64,000 bases of DNA from Psychrobacter sp. (GTDB lineage Bacteria > Pseudomonadota > Gammaproteobacteria > Pseudomonadales > Moraxellaceae), in the NCBI RefSeq assembly GCF_018260395.1, contig NZ_JAGLBC010000001.1:4301-68300 (forward strand). The letters run 5' to 3'. Below, one piece after another: positions 53,992 through 64,000 of the stretch. A program made the translations under genes and the position numbers. Each line of letters opens with the position of its first letter. Positions within the stretch are counted from its first letter, which is position 1. The notes under the pieces were generated by a model. That model saw nothing but the letters and a program-made list of their open reading frames with translations. It had not been told where the DNA came from and ran no database searches.

Positions 53992-54036
53992 TATGTTATA
54001 ACATAACATTTTATACACTGGTTTATACTTATGCAA
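53992..54036 (-). promoter_or_regulatory. predicted sigma70 promoter with overlapping palindromic operator for the MerB-like gene
   Basis: On the minus strand, TTGCAT (54036-54031), a 17-nt spacer, TAAAAT (54013-54008), and 3 nt later the perfect 14-bp palindrome TATGTTATAACATA (53992-54005). Confidence 0.45.
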
Positions 54037-54156
54037 TTAAATAAACCTCTAGATTGTGAATAGATGGTCAAAGTTTGAATATCGGTTTAGATATAACGTT
54101 AGGAACGTCTGATTGATAAAGCCATTTATTAAAATTAAAATACGCCTTAATAAACG

Positions 54157-54762
54157 TTACCTCAACCCCAACTCTTTTAAACGATCATGGCTTAAACTCA
54201 CCCGCACAAACTCGCCCACACCTATCCCCCCCAGTTCAAACCCTGCTACAGACCAGCGGATAAGACGCAGACAGGGCAGACCCACATGTGCTGTCATGCG
54301 TCTAACTTGTCTATTTTTACCTTCATAAATAGTTATCATCAGCCAAGAATCAGGGACGCTTTTACGTTCGCGTATTGGTGGGTCACGTTGCCATAATGGC
54401 ATGGGTAACTCGTCTTCGCTGACATGATTGACTTTAGCTGGAAGCGTCTTGCCATCTTTTAATACCACACCCTCTTGTAATTGATTCAATTGTTCTTGGG
54501 TCGGGATGCCTTCGACTTGAACGAGATACGTTTTACCTTGTTTGCGACCTTGATTGGCTTTGGGTGGATGGGTTATCGCCTTATTAACCTGACCGTCTGC
54601 TGTTAAAATTAATAAACCTTCACTAGTAGCATCAAGTCGACCTGCGACGCGTAAGGCTTTATCGCTAAAATAGTGTGATAATGGCGCAAATTTATTATTA
54701 GCATCGTCACTAAATTGGCTTTGCACGCCGTAGGGTTTGTTAAATAGGATAACGGATGGCAT
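54157..54762 (-). CDS. rluE: 23S rRNA pseudouridine synthase RluE (RsuA/RluE family)
   Basis: 201 aa. ILFNKPYGVQSQF and the catalytic GRLDATSEGLLILT parallel E. coli RluE. It is adjacent to icd, as in E. coli. Confidence 0.85.
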   Translation of the reverse strand: MPSVILFNKPYGVQSQFSDDANNKFAPLSHYFSDKALRVAGRLDATSEGLLILTADGQVNKAITHPPKANQGRKQGKTYLVQVEGIPTQEQLNQLQEGVVLKDGKTLPAKVNHVSEDELPMPLWQRDPPIRERKSVPDSWLMITIYEGKNRQVRRMTAHVGLPCLRLIRWSVAGFELGGIGVGEFVRVSLSHDRLKELGLR

Positions 54763-54841
54763 AAGAGATCTACTATTTTTAAAAATGGTGTTTATAAATA
54801 TCTGCTTATTTTAACATGCTGTATTGCATAGTTTGGTCTAT

Positions 54842-54870
54842 AAAAAAAGCACCTCAAAATTTGAGATGCT
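54842..54870 (-). terminator. terminator downstream of the first IDH gene
   Basis: Minus strand: gcatctcaaa-at-tttgaggtgc followed by T7. Confidence 0.8.
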
Positions 54871-54916
54871 TTTACCAAGAGCTAAATAACTCATAAGCTA
54901 AAAATATTATATGTGC

Positions 54917-57151
54917 CTAGAGTGAGGCTATGGCTTCATTAAAAGTTTTACTTGGGCGCATAACTTGCTTCACAATAGCATCGTCTGGTCGATAATAGCC
55001 TTTTAAATCAACAGGTTTACCCTGTACGTCATTTAACTCTTTTACAATCTTGTCTTCATTATCACCAAGGGTCTTAGCAAGGGGTGTAAATCGCTCTTTA
55101 AGCGCTTTGTCCTTATCCTGCTTAGCCAATTCTTGAGCCCAGTACATAGCCAGATAAAAATGGCTGCCTCGGTTATCTAGTTCGCCTACTTTGCGAGAAG
55201 GCGACTTATTATCAAGCAATAGCCTTTCAGTTGCATCACTTAAAGTATCTGCCAAAAGCTGTGCTTTTGGATTATGAGTAGTACCATCTTCACTACCGTG
55301 TTCGGCCTCATGCTCAAGCGATACCGCTAAAGCCAAAAATTCACCTAGCGAATCCCAGCGTAAATGATTTTCTTCAAGTAATTGTTGTACATGCTTTGGA
55401 GCTGAACCACCAGCGCCTGTCTCAAACAATCCGCCACCATTCATCAGCGGTACGATAGACAGCATCTTAGCACTGGTACCTAACTCTAAAATAGGAAATA
55501 AATCAGTCAGATAATCACGAAGTACATTACCTGTTACTGAGATGGTATCTTTACCCGCTTTTAAGCGCTCGAGTGTATAACGAGTGGCTTGTCTAATAGG
55601 CATGATACTGATATCTAAACCTTCTGTGTCATGGTCTTTAAGATAGAGTTCTACTTTTTCAATTAAAGCGGCATGGTGAGCACGTGTCTTGTCTAACCAA
55701 AATACCGCTGGCATACCACTAGCACGAGCACGGGTGACCGCTAACTTGACCCAGTCTTGTATCGGAGCATCTTTAACTCGGTTCATACGCCAGATGTCTT
55801 TTGCATTAACTTTGTGCTCGGTTAATACCGTGCCATTATCATCAATGACTTGAACTTTACCTTTGCCAGGGAGCTGAAAAGTGGTGTTGTGAGAACCGTA
55901 TTCTTCTGCTTTTTGAGCCATGAGACCTACATTAGGGACAGTACCCATAGTTGCTGGGTCAAAGGCACCATTTTCTTTACAGAATTTGATAGTCTCGTCA
56001 TAAAGTTCAGCATAGCTACTGTCAGGAATGACCGCTTTGGTATCATGAAGCTTGCCATCTGGACCCCACATCTTACCGCCGTCACGGATCATGGCTGGCA
56101 TGGAAGCATCAACAATGACATCGCTAGGTACATGAAGATTGGTAATGCCTTTTTCTGAATTCACCATAGCTAATGGAGGGTTTTTATCATAAACCTTTTG
56201 AATATCAGCTTTAATTTCATTACGTTTGTCTTCAGGTAGCTCTTCGATTTTGGATAGTAACTGAGCGAACCCATTGTTTGCATCAACGCCAATCTTGTCA
56301 AAAAGATCGCCATATTTGTCAAACAAATCTTTGAAGTAAACGCGCACTGCATCCCCAAATATAATAGGATCAGACACCTTCATCATTGTCGCTTTTAAAT
56401 GAATAGAGAACAATACGTTTTTGGCTTTGGCATCTTGTACTTGCTGCTCTAAAAACTGAGTCAATACATTAAAGCTTAGAATAGAGGTATCGAATAATTC
56501 ATTTTTTAGCAAGGGAGCAGGCGACATAAGCTCAGTCTGCTGCCCATTCTCATCGGTATAAACCACACGATAATTAGTTGGTTCATCTATGGTAATGGAT
56601 TTTTCATCGTCAACAAAGTCACAACAAGCCATGGTTGCCACATGTGTCTTAGAGTCAGGTGACCAAGGTTTCATAGAATGGGGATTGGCTCTAGCATAAG
56701 CCTTAACAGCTTTTGGCGCACGGCGGTCGGAATTACCCTCGCGAATGATAGGGTTAACGGCACTGCCTTTAATTTTATCGTAACGAGTACGAACGTCTTT
56801 TTCTTCATCTGTCTCAGGCTTATCAGGATAATCAGGTAGATTAAACCCTTTATCTTGCAGCTCTTTAATCGCAGCTTTTAATTGAGGAATAGAAGCACTA
56901 ATGTTAGGCAGTTTAATGATGTTGGCTTCAGGCTTTAATACCAATTCTCCTAGTTGTTCAAGGTCATTAGGAACACGCTGTGATTCATCAAGGTAATCAG
57001 GAAACACTGCTAATATGCGGCTGGCCAATGAGATATCACTGGTTTCAACTTCTATGCCCGCTGTCTTAGTAAAGGCTTCCACAATAGGTAAAAATGAGTG
57101 AGTAGCAAGTGCTGGCGCTTCATCTGTTATGGTATATATAATTTTTGACAT
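54917..57151 (-). CDS. icd: monomeric NADP-dependent isocitrate dehydrogenase (paralog A)
   Basis: 744 aa. The [17 protein letters not shown] start, the roughly 740-aa size, [14 protein letters not shown] and [16 protein letters not shown] are typical of the monomeric IDH family (Azotobacter/Corynebacterium type). Confidence 0.92.
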   Translation of the reverse strand: MSKIIYTITDEAPALATHSFLPIVEAFTKTAGIEVETSDISLASRILAVFPDYLDESQRVPNDLEQLGELVLKPEANIIKLPNISASIPQLKAAIKELQDKGFNLPDYPDKPETDEEKDVRTRYDKIKGSAVNPIIREGNSDRRAPKAVKAYARANPHSMKPWSPDSKTHVATMACCDFVDDEKSITIDEPTNYRVVYTDENGQQTELMSPAPLLKNELFDTSILSFNVLTQFLEQQVQDAKAKNVLFSIHLKATMMKVSDPIIFGDAVRVYFKDLFDKYGDLFDKIGVDANNGFAQLLSKIEELPEDKRNEIKADIQKVYDKNPPLAMVNSEKGITNLHVPSDVIVDASMPAMIRDGGKMWGPDGKLHDTKAVIPDSSYAELYDETIKFCKENGAFDPATMGTVPNVGLMAQKAEEYGSHNTTFQLPGKGKVQVIDDNGTVLTEHKVNAKDIWRMNRVKDAPIQDWVKLAVTRARASGMPAVFWLDKTRAHHAALIEKVELYLKDHDTEGLDISIMPIRQATRYTLERLKAGKDTISVTGNVLRDYLTDLFPILELGTSAKMLSIVPLMNGGGLFETGAGGSAPKHVQQLLEENHLRWDSLGEFLALAVSLEHEAEHGSEDGTTHNPKAQLLADTLSDATERLLLDNKSPSRKVGELDNRGSHFYLAMYWAQELAKQDKDKALKERFTPLAKTLGDNEDKIVKELNDVQGKPVDLKGYYRPDDAIVKQVMRPSKTFNEAIASL

Positions 57152-57298
57152 AAGTATTGTAAATCCTTTTTATTGTTATAAATGAGTTATTTGTAAGCTT
57201 GTAATTTGCTTGAGCGTTTTGAGAAAGTTTAATCATACTAAATGGGCAGCTTTATAGTCAGTTTACAAATCGTATCTAGTTGTGAGCTTTATTAAGCC

Positions 57299-57332
57299 CA
57301 AAAAATACCCCAAGGAATTATCCATGGGGTAT
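57299..57332 (-). terminator. terminator downstream of the second IDH gene
   Basis: Minus strand: ataccccatgg-ataatt-ccttggggtat followed by T6. Confidence 0.85.
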
Positions 57333-57434
57333 GATCGGATCGATATAAATTATAGACATATCTAACAGTGTTTTAGTAGAACATAGCTTAATTGTTTGTT
57401 ATAAGCCTAGCTTAAATAATAGCTAACTGCTAAC

Positions 57435-59654
57435 TTAGATAGAATCAATAACTTCATTAAAAGTATGACTTGGACGCATAACGCTCTTAGCCACTTCTTC
57501 ATCGGCAAAAAAGTAACCTTTGATATCTACAGGCTTACCTTGAACTTCGTTCATCTCTTTAAGGATAGTCTCTTCTTTACTAGCTAAAGATTGAGCAACA
57601 GGAGCAAACTGTGCTTTCAACTCGCTGTCAATGTCTTGATTCGCTAGCTCTTGAGCCCAGTACATAGCTAGATAGAAGTGGCTACCACGGTTGTCTAACT
57701 CACCAGTAGAGCGTGAAGGAGACTTGTCATTGAGGAGTAACGTCTCGATCGCTTTATCAAGGGTGTCTGCCAATACTTTTGCTTTAGCATTGTCTTGCGT
57801 AGAAGCTAAATGTTCTAATGAAACTGTCAGGGCTAAGAATTCTCCCAGTGAATCCCAGCGCAAGTGGTTTTCTTCTAATAGCTGCTGTACATGTTTTGGT
57901 GCTGACCCGCCAGCGCCTGTCTCGAATAAACCGCCACCTTTCATCAATGGCACCACAGACAGCATCTTAGCACTAGTACCCAACTCTAAGATTGGGAATA
58001 AGTCGGTCAAATAATCACGTAGGATATTACCAGTCGCAGAAATAGTATCTAAACCACGCCATACACGCTCTAAAGTATAACGCATAGCACGTACTTGTGA
58101 CATAATATAAATACGTAAACCTTCTGTGTCATAGTCTTTCAAATAAGTTTGTACTTTTTTGATAAGTTCGTTTTCATGTGGACGGTAAGGATCCAGCCAG
58201 AACACAACTGGCGTATCTGATTCACGGGCACGGCGAACAGCAAGTTTAACCCAGTCTTGTATCGGCTCATCTTTGACCTGACACATACGCCAGATATCAC
58301 CTTTCTCAATAGCTTGTTCCATCAATACTTCATTTGTTTCAATGTCTACGATACGTGCAATACCCGAATCACTAGATTCAAAGGTCTTATCATGTGACCC
58401 ATATTCTTCAGCTTTTTGAGCCATTAGACCTACGTTGGGTACAGTACCCATAGTAGTGGGGTCAAAATTACCATGCCATTTGCAAAAGTTGATCATTTCT
58501 TGATAGATACGCGCAAAAGTTGACTCTGGCATAACAGCTTTACAGTCATACATTTTGCCATCTGCACCCCACATCTTACCGCCATTACGAATCATAGCTG
58601 GCATTGACGCATCAACAATAACATCACTTGGTGAGTGGAAGTTTGTAATACCTTTAGAAGAATCTACCATGGCTAGACGAGGACGATGCTCTTGACATGC
58701 ATGTAAATCATGCTCAATTTCTTCACGTTTTGAAGCAGGCAATGTCTTAATTTTTTCGTACAAGTCAGCCATACCATTATTGACGTTAATACCCAACTCA
58801 TCAAAAAGCTCACCATGTTTTTCAAAGGCTTCTTTATAGTAGATACGAACAGCGTGACCAAATACGATTGGGTGAGACACCTTCATCATAGTCGCTTTAA
58901 CGTGTAATGAGAATAAGATACCCGCATCGCGGCAATCTTCCATTTCACGCTCGTAGAACTCAAGCAATGCTTTTTTGCTCATAAACATTAGATCGATGAC
59001 TTCTTTGTCTTTTAGTGCAATCTCAGGCTTTAGAACTTTGGTAGTGCCATCGCTTAATAATAGCTCCATACGTACTGTACGGGCCTTATCTAGGGTCATC
59101 GACTGCTCGCCACTATAAAAATCACCATAATGCATGTGAGAGACGTGAGTCATTGACCATTGTTTCCATTCACCCATTGAATGCGGATGCTTACGCGCAT
59201 AGTTCTTAACAGCTTTTGGGGCACGGCGGTCTGAGTTGCCTTCACGCAATATAGGGTTAACCGCACTACCAAGAGCCTTACCATAACGCTTACGTAGCTC
59301 TAGCTCTTCATCAGTTTGTGGGTCTTCAGGATAGTCAGGTAGGGCATAGCCTTTGTTTTGTAACTCTTTAATAGCTGCTTTTAGTTGCTGTACAGAAGCA
59401 CTAATATTGGGTAGTTTGATGATATTGGTATTTGGATCTTGAGTCAGACGACCTAAAGTAGCTAAGTTATCCGGAACTCGTTGTTCTTCAGTTAAATAAT
59501 CAGGGAATTCGGCCAGTATGCGAGCCGCTAAAGAAATATCGCTAGTCTCAACAGATATGTCTGATGTCTTAGTGAAAGCTTCAACGATAGGCAAGAAAGA
59601 AAGGGTAGCTAACGCTGGGGCTTCGTCGGTTTTTGTATAAATAATTTTTGACAT
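57435..59654 (-). CDS. icd: monomeric NADP-dependent isocitrate dehydrogenase (paralog B)
   Basis: 740 aa from the ATG at 59654 ([23 protein letters not shown] upstream). The ORF track start at 59717 adds 21 unlikely residues. It is colinear with paralog A. Confidence 0.92.
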   Translation of the reverse strand: MSKIIYTKTDEAPALATLSFLPIVEAFTKTSDISVETSDISLAARILAEFPDYLTEEQRVPDNLATLGRLTQDPNTNIIKLPNISASVQQLKAAIKELQNKGYALPDYPEDPQTDEELELRKRYGKALGSAVNPILREGNSDRRAPKAVKNYARKHPHSMGEWKQWSMTHVSHMHYGDFYSGEQSMTLDKARTVRMELLLSDGTTKVLKPEIALKDKEVIDLMFMSKKALLEFYEREMEDCRDAGILFSLHVKATMMKVSHPIVFGHAVRIYYKEAFEKHGELFDELGINVNNGMADLYEKIKTLPASKREEIEHDLHACQEHRPRLAMVDSSKGITNFHSPSDVIVDASMPAMIRNGGKMWGADGKMYDCKAVMPESTFARIYQEMINFCKWHGNFDPTTMGTVPNVGLMAQKAEEYGSHDKTFESSDSGIARIVDIETNEVLMEQAIEKGDIWRMCQVKDEPIQDWVKLAVRRARESDTPVVFWLDPYRPHENELIKKVQTYLKDYDTEGLRIYIMSQVRAMRYTLERVWRGLDTISATGNILRDYLTDLFPILELGTSAKMLSVVPLMKGGGLFETGAGGSAPKHVQQLLEENHLRWDSLGEFLALTVSLEHLASTQDNAKAKVLADTLDKAIETLLLNDKSPSRSTGELDNRGSHFYLAMYWAQELANQDIDSELKAQFAPVAQSLASKEETILKEMNEVQGKPVDIKGYFFADEEVAKSVMRPSHTFNEVIDSI

Positions 59655-60463
59655 TATAGTAGTAGGTTCCTTTAGTTTGAAGTTAATAAAAAATTTATCT
59701 ATATTTGTAATAATCAACTAAAAAATGCTCATAATTGCTAAGAGCTTATAAGCATTGAGAAAGACCAAAATTGATATGATTTTTATGAGACTTGGCCTAA
59801 CCCAATTAACGTATTTAGAGCAATAAATTTAAAATAATCATAGTTGAACAAATGTAGCAAGGTCAGAGCGCTATAGCCGACTGACCATAAATTAAACGTT
59901 GTCAATGCTTTATAATGAACTAAGTATACAATTTTTAAGCGAACATATGTATACGAATTAAATCAAGCGAATAAACACCTATTTTACCAGTCCTATGTTG
60001 CGATATCATCATTAACATAAGTGTTTATTCAATAAATAAAAATTCAAAACAATAATTATCTAACCAGGCTAAATCTTTTCTTATATTAAATTCTTGCGAA
60101 ACTAAAAAATGGGTTAAAGTTTACAATTAAAACCTGTCATCGAACCCAATTTTAAAACCTATCAATTCATTAAAAGCTATAAATTTATGAAAAGCTATAA
60201 AAGTCTATTAAGGTCAAAATAGCTGAGCTTATCATCGTCTAATTCAATGCCTGATTTGATATCTTTTTCTTATATCTGTTTTTTGATATCTATTTTTTGA
60301 TATATATTTGGATGATGCGTTAGCTATTATAAACCTCATTTTTTATCGAAATATTAATTTGTGCAATAAACCGTTGCAGATATATTGTATGTTGTAAAAA
60401 TAATATAAGCAGGATGTTGATAATTTGATACTCTAAACACATAGCCACTGATTAGATTTAAAT

Positions 60464-61774
60464 ATGATGACAAACTATACAGCAACCAGTAATAGTCCTT
60501 CAGCGATATATAGTTATAGCATAACCCAAGATATTCAATGGCAGAATCAAGCCAAGTGGCAATCCCCTGACACCCCATTTATGTCTTTTGAATATTGGCA
60601 AGCGTTAATAGATAGTGGGGCCATCGGTGGTGAATCAGGTTGGATACCTCTATATGTCATTATCTATGATAAAGATTCTTCTAACAAAACACAGTCTGAA
60701 AACGAGCTAGATAATCAATCGCCAATAGCAGTGATGCCCCTGTTCATTAAAGATCATCATCAAGGTGAATATGTGTTTGATCATGCTTGGGCGGATGCTT
60801 ATGCTCGATATGGAGAGAATTATTACCCAAGATTAGTGACAAGTGTGCCTTATACGCCTGTCACGGGAGAGCGTTTCTGGCTTGCTAAAGGTTATGAGCT
60901 CACTGGCGAGATATGGCAGGTGGCCATTAAGGCGGTTGATGAAATTTCAAAACAAATTGGCGCATCAAGTTGGCATGGTTTATTTATTAATGAGCAGCAG
61001 GTTCAAACGTTTAATACCTTACCAAATCCAATATTTGATCATCAATTGCTTGAGCGTCAAGGTTGTCAGTTTTTGTGGCAGAATAAAAACCTGACCAATC
61101 TTGATGCTACTAATAGTCCACAACCCTTTACCGATTTCGATGATTTTTTAAGCACACTTACTGCCAAGAAGCGTAAAAACATTCGAGCTGAGCGCAAAAA
61201 GATAACCAAACAAAATCTAAGTTGCCAAATTAAAACAGGTAAAGACATTACTGCAGACGATTGGACAGTATTTTACCAATGTTATGCCATGACCTATGCA
61301 GTTCGTGGTCGTCACCCTTATTTAGCACCAGAGTTTTTTGAGCAGATTGCCAATACCATGTCTGATCAGCTTATGTTGGCTCAAGCAATCGATGAGCATG
61401 AGCAAATTGTGGCTAGTAGCTTGTTTTTTTATGATGATCCAACCTCCTTTAACTCCACTTTATATGGTCGTTATTGGGGGTCATTAGAGGAATATGATAG
61501 CTTACATTTTGAGCTTTGCTATTATCAAGGCATCGAGTTTGCTATCCAACAAGGACTACAGTATTTTGACCCAGGTACTCAAGGTGAGCATAAACTAATT
61601 AGAGGCTTTGTGCCGCATAAGACGCACTCGCTACATCGGATTTATGATGCCCGTTTTGAACCTGCTATAGCAAACTTTTGTCAACAAGACCGCGAATATA
61701 TGCAGCAGTATCGTCAGCAGGCTCATGAGGCACTACCTTTTAATATTGAAAATATGCCTCCCTTTAATGGATAA
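60464..61774 (+). CDS. DUF482 / FemAB-like GNAT-fold acyltransferase family protein
   Basis: 436 aa. The N-terminal FMSFEYWQALIDSGAIGGESGW and overall layout resemble the uncharacterised 'peptidoglycan biosynthesis/recognition' FemAB-like family. Function is unknown. Confidence 0.6.
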   Translation: MMTNYTATSNSPSAIYSYSITQDIQWQNQAKWQSPDTPFMSFEYWQALIDSGAIGGESGWIPLYVIIYDKDSSNKTQSENELDNQSPIAVMPLFIKDHHQGEYVFDHAWADAYARYGENYYPRLVTSVPYTPVTGERFWLAKGYELTGEIWQVAIKAVDEISKQIGASSWHGLFINEQQVQTFNTLPNPIFDHQLLERQGCQFLWQNKNLTNLDATNSPQPFTDFDDFLSTLTAKKRKNIRAERKKITKQNLSCQIKTGKDITADDWTVFYQCYAMTYAVRGRHPYLAPEFFEQIANTMSDQLMLAQAIDEHEQIVASSLFFYDDPTSFNSTLYGRYWGSLEEYDSLHFELCYYQGIEFAIQQGLQYFDPGTQGEHKLIRGFVPHKTHSLHRIYDARFEPAIANFCQQDREYMQQYRQQAHEALPFNIENMPPFNG

Positions 61775-61798
61775 GTTCACAGTCAGGCTATAGGACAA

Positions 61799-62302
61799 AT
61801 GATGTCGGTATTAGATAAGACACTATCAAAAAAGACGTTGCCAAATGAACCACTAAAATGGCTGACTGCAGATGGATCGTTAACGGCTTTATTAGAAATT
61901 AAGGCGGGGCGACCTCTTAGAGTAGAGCCTGCTTTTGAGGGCTACCGGATGCTCACCTTATTACAAAAAAAACAATTAGGTTATCAAGGCAGACAACTCA
62001 ATAGACCAGTAATGGCATGGGTAAGAGAGTCTTTATTATATGGTAATAGTGACCAGCCTTGGATAGCTGCTAGAAGTATATTCCCTTTAATAAGCCTAAA
62101 AGGGGAGGCAAAACGCCTTCAATATTTAGGGTGCACGCCTATTGGCTATGTGCTATTTAAAAGACAAAGCCGTTTGCCTTATTGCCGAGTTATAGATTTG
62201 ACCCATATAGGGTGGCGCCGGAGTACTATTTATACATGGTATAAGCGAGAATTAATAATTAGTGAGACTTTTTTAACAGGTTTTTTTAAGGACGATTTAT
62301 AA
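61799..62302 (+). CDS. ubiC: chorismate pyruvate-lyase
   Basis: 167 aa. WLTADGSLTALLE, WVRESLLYGNSDQPWIAARSIFP, LGCTPIGYVLF and the ISETFL end align with E. coli UbiC segments ([53 protein letters not shown]). Confidence 0.8.
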   Translation: MMSVLDKTLSKKTLPNEPLKWLTADGSLTALLEIKAGRPLRVEPAFEGYRMLTLLQKKQLGYQGRQLNRPVMAWVRESLLYGNSDQPWIAARSIFPLISLKGEAKRLQYLGCTPIGYVLFKRQSRLPYCRVIDLTHIGWRRSTIYTWYKRELIISETFLTGFFKDDL

Positions 62303-62351
62303 TATAAATCATTGGGTTTATGGCTGTCTTACGATGTATATAAAGACTAGT

Positions 62352-62388
62352 AATAGCCTGCAAAGTGTAGAGTAAGTGGCTATTTTTT
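62352..62388 (+). terminator. possible weak terminator after ubiC
   Basis: aatagcc, a 19-nt loop, ggctatt, then a T-run. The loop is long, so this is uncertain. Confidence 0.35.
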
Positions 62389-62540
62389 AGGTTAAGTCGA
62401 TAAGGTTTCATGTTACACTTATTGCCTAATGTGCAAAGTTGCCCCCTGTTGACTATTTCCTAAATAGGTCATACATCGATTGGCGGGTTAAGCGCTTGAT
62501 TTTTTGTTCGTTATATATGACTTATTAATAGGATAGAACT

Positions 62541-63797
62541 ATGTTTAAAGATATTAGCATTAAAGACTATGATCCAGATCTATACCAAGCCATGGTATCA
62601 GAAACCAAGCGTCAAGAAAGCCATATCGAGCTTATTGCTTCGGAGAACTATTGCTCACAAGCGGTAATGGAAGCACAAGGGTCTGACTTAACCAATAAAT
62701 ATGCTGAAGGTTATCCTGGCAAACGTTATTATGGCGGTTGTGAGTATGTTGATATTGTTGAGCAATTAGCGATAGATCGTGCTAAAGAACTATTTGGCGC
62801 AGCATACGCTAACGTACAACCACATGCTGGGAGCCAAGCTAACTCAGCAGTTTTCTTAGCGTTGTTAGAGGCTGGTGACACAGTCTTAGGCATGAGCTTA
62901 GATGCAGGCGGGCATTTAACCCACGGCGCACACGTTAACTTCTCAGGCATTAACTATAACGCTGTACAGTATGGTTTAGTTGAAGAAACAGGTCTGATTG
63001 ATTATGAAGAAGTTGAGCGTTTGGCAAAAGAGCACAAACCAAAAATGATTATTGCCGGTTTTTCAGCATATTCACAAGTGGTTGATTGGCAGCGCTTCCG
63101 TGATATAGCAGATAGTATAGATGCATATTTCTTTGTTGATATGGCACATGTTGCAGGGCTAGTGGCAGCAGGCGTCTATCCAAGTCCAGTACCATTTGCA
63201 GACGTTGTTACCACGACTACTCACAAAACTCTTCGTGGCCCACGTTCAGGTCTGATTTTATCGCGTGATGAGAAATTGGCTAAAAAACTAAACTCAGCGG
63301 TATTCCCAGGCAACCAAGGTGGCCCATTGATGCACGCCATTGCCGCAAAAGCAGTTTGTTTTAAAGAAGCCTTGCAAGATGATTTCAAAACGTACCAGCA
63401 GCAAGTGGTTAAAAACGCCAAGGCAATGGCTAAAGTTATCCAAGATCGTGGTTATGAAATAATCTCTGGCGGTACTGAAAATCACCTTATGCTTATCAGC
63501 CTAGTTAAACAAGAAATGACGGGTAAAGAGGCAGATAAATGGTTGGGCGATGCGGGTATTACAGTCAATAAAAATGCGGTACCAAATGATCCAAAATCCC
63601 CATTCGTCACTTCTGGTATCCGTATTGGTACACCCGCTATTACTACTCGAGGATTTAACGAAGCGCAGTCTGGCGAATTGGCAGGTTGGATTTGTGATGT
63701 ATTAGACAGTCGTGGCGATGAGAAGGTATTAACAGACATTCGCGCTAAAGTTGAAAAAATATGTGCTCAATTACCTGTTTATGAAAGCAATCAGTAA
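62541..63797 (+). CDS. glyA: serine hydroxymethyltransferase
   Basis: 418 aa. LIASENY, and [14 protein letters not shown] with the PLP-lysine. Confidence 0.97.
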   Translation: MFKDISIKDYDPDLYQAMVSETKRQESHIELIASENYCSQAVMEAQGSDLTNKYAEGYPGKRYYGGCEYVDIVEQLAIDRAKELFGAAYANVQPHAGSQANSAVFLALLEAGDTVLGMSLDAGGHLTHGAHVNFSGINYNAVQYGLVEETGLIDYEEVERLAKEHKPKMIIAGFSAYSQVVDWQRFRDIADSIDAYFFVDMAHVAGLVAAGVYPSPVPFADVVTTTTHKTLRGPRSGLILSRDEKLAKKLNSAVFPGNQGGPLMHAIAAKAVCFKEALQDDFKTYQQQVVKNAKAMAKVIQDRGYEIISGGTENHLMLISLVKQEMTGKEADKWLGDAGITVNKNAVPNDPKSPFVTSGIRIGTPAITTRGFNEAQSGELAGWICDVLDSRGDEKVLTDIRAKVEKICAQLPVYESNQ

Positions 63798-63832
63798 TTA
63801 GTTTTTTAATTTCTTATACGCTTTAAATAATA

Positions 63833-63865
63833 AACCACTTAGTTTCTGACTAAGTGGTTTTTTTG
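63833..63865 (+). terminator. rho-independent terminator after glyA
   Basis: aaccacttag-tttctga-ctaagtggtt followed by a T-run. Confidence 0.85.
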
Positions 63866-64000
63866 TTGTCAGTAATCCACTTATGGGCAGTATTTCTTAT
63901 AGGCAGTCTTTTTAGTATAAGTTATTAAATATTGCAAATATAATATATTAAAGCGATTAGCCCCTCAAATAAAATATCTTATGTCTCTACAAAAATACAT

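Noticed and set aside
59718-60463. 746-bp AT-rich gap upstream of IDH paralog B and the DUF482 gene, scanned for small genes or RNAs. It contains the short repeats aaaagctataaa x2 and ttttttgatat x2-3.
   Set aside because: There is no GC-enriched or strongly structured segment, no ORF with a plausible RBS, and the repeats are short and low-complexity. It is probably just a long divergent promoter region.
62303-62540. glyA leader, examined for a riboswitch (ZTP/pfl or THF type).
   Set aside because: I could not find the conserved GGGTCGTGACTGGCG or CCGCCTGGGCA-type cores, or any extended conserved-looking structure. Only a possible ubiC terminator is present.

Overview
The window reads as ordinary chromosomal core genome from an AT-rich gammaproteobacterium. 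Gene content and style suggest Moraxellaceae, possibly Psychrobacter-like, but that is an inference and was not searched. Almost every long ORF is a recognisable housekeeping gene: folK-panB-panC, rapZ, purC / small lipoprotein / dapA, tex, ompR, ubiG with a HAD phosphatase and an SDR, dsbA, bfd-bfr-bfr, an acyl-CoA synthetase, fadH, a FadL-like porin, panD, pth-rplY-prs, two tRNA-Gln, ispE-lolB and a TPR gene, ispA, fadBA, psd, dtd, phoBR, slyD, an M61 peptidase, rluE, two tandem monomeric isocitrate dehydrogenases, ubiC and glyA. I found no CRISPR array, rRNA, prophage, integrase or recognisable defence, toxin or secretion island, and no convincing new multi-gene system. The observations most worth a second look are these. 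(1) A GC-enriched, roughly 150-nt rod-like imperfect hairpin with an internal bubble lies in the convergent gap at 52.2-52.37 kb; it is a candidate structured RNA, possibly 6S. (2) An orphan, low-GC MerB-fold gene keeps the Cys/Asp/Cys catalytic spacing but has no mer operon, and it sits behind a good promoter with an overlapping perfect palindrome. (3) Two monomeric IDH paralogs lie in tandem next to rluE. (4) A bfd-bfr-bfr locus has two bacterioferritin paralogs with complementary residue losses, ferroxidase ligands in one and the heme methionine in the other. (5) A 173-bp MITE-like element has 19-bp terminal inverted repeats. (6) A 116-aa lipoprotein occupies the bamC slot between dapA and purC. 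(7) Several short tandem-repeat arrays lie in intergenic regions. All functional calls rest on motifs I recognise by eye and on remembered synteny. No database search was run.
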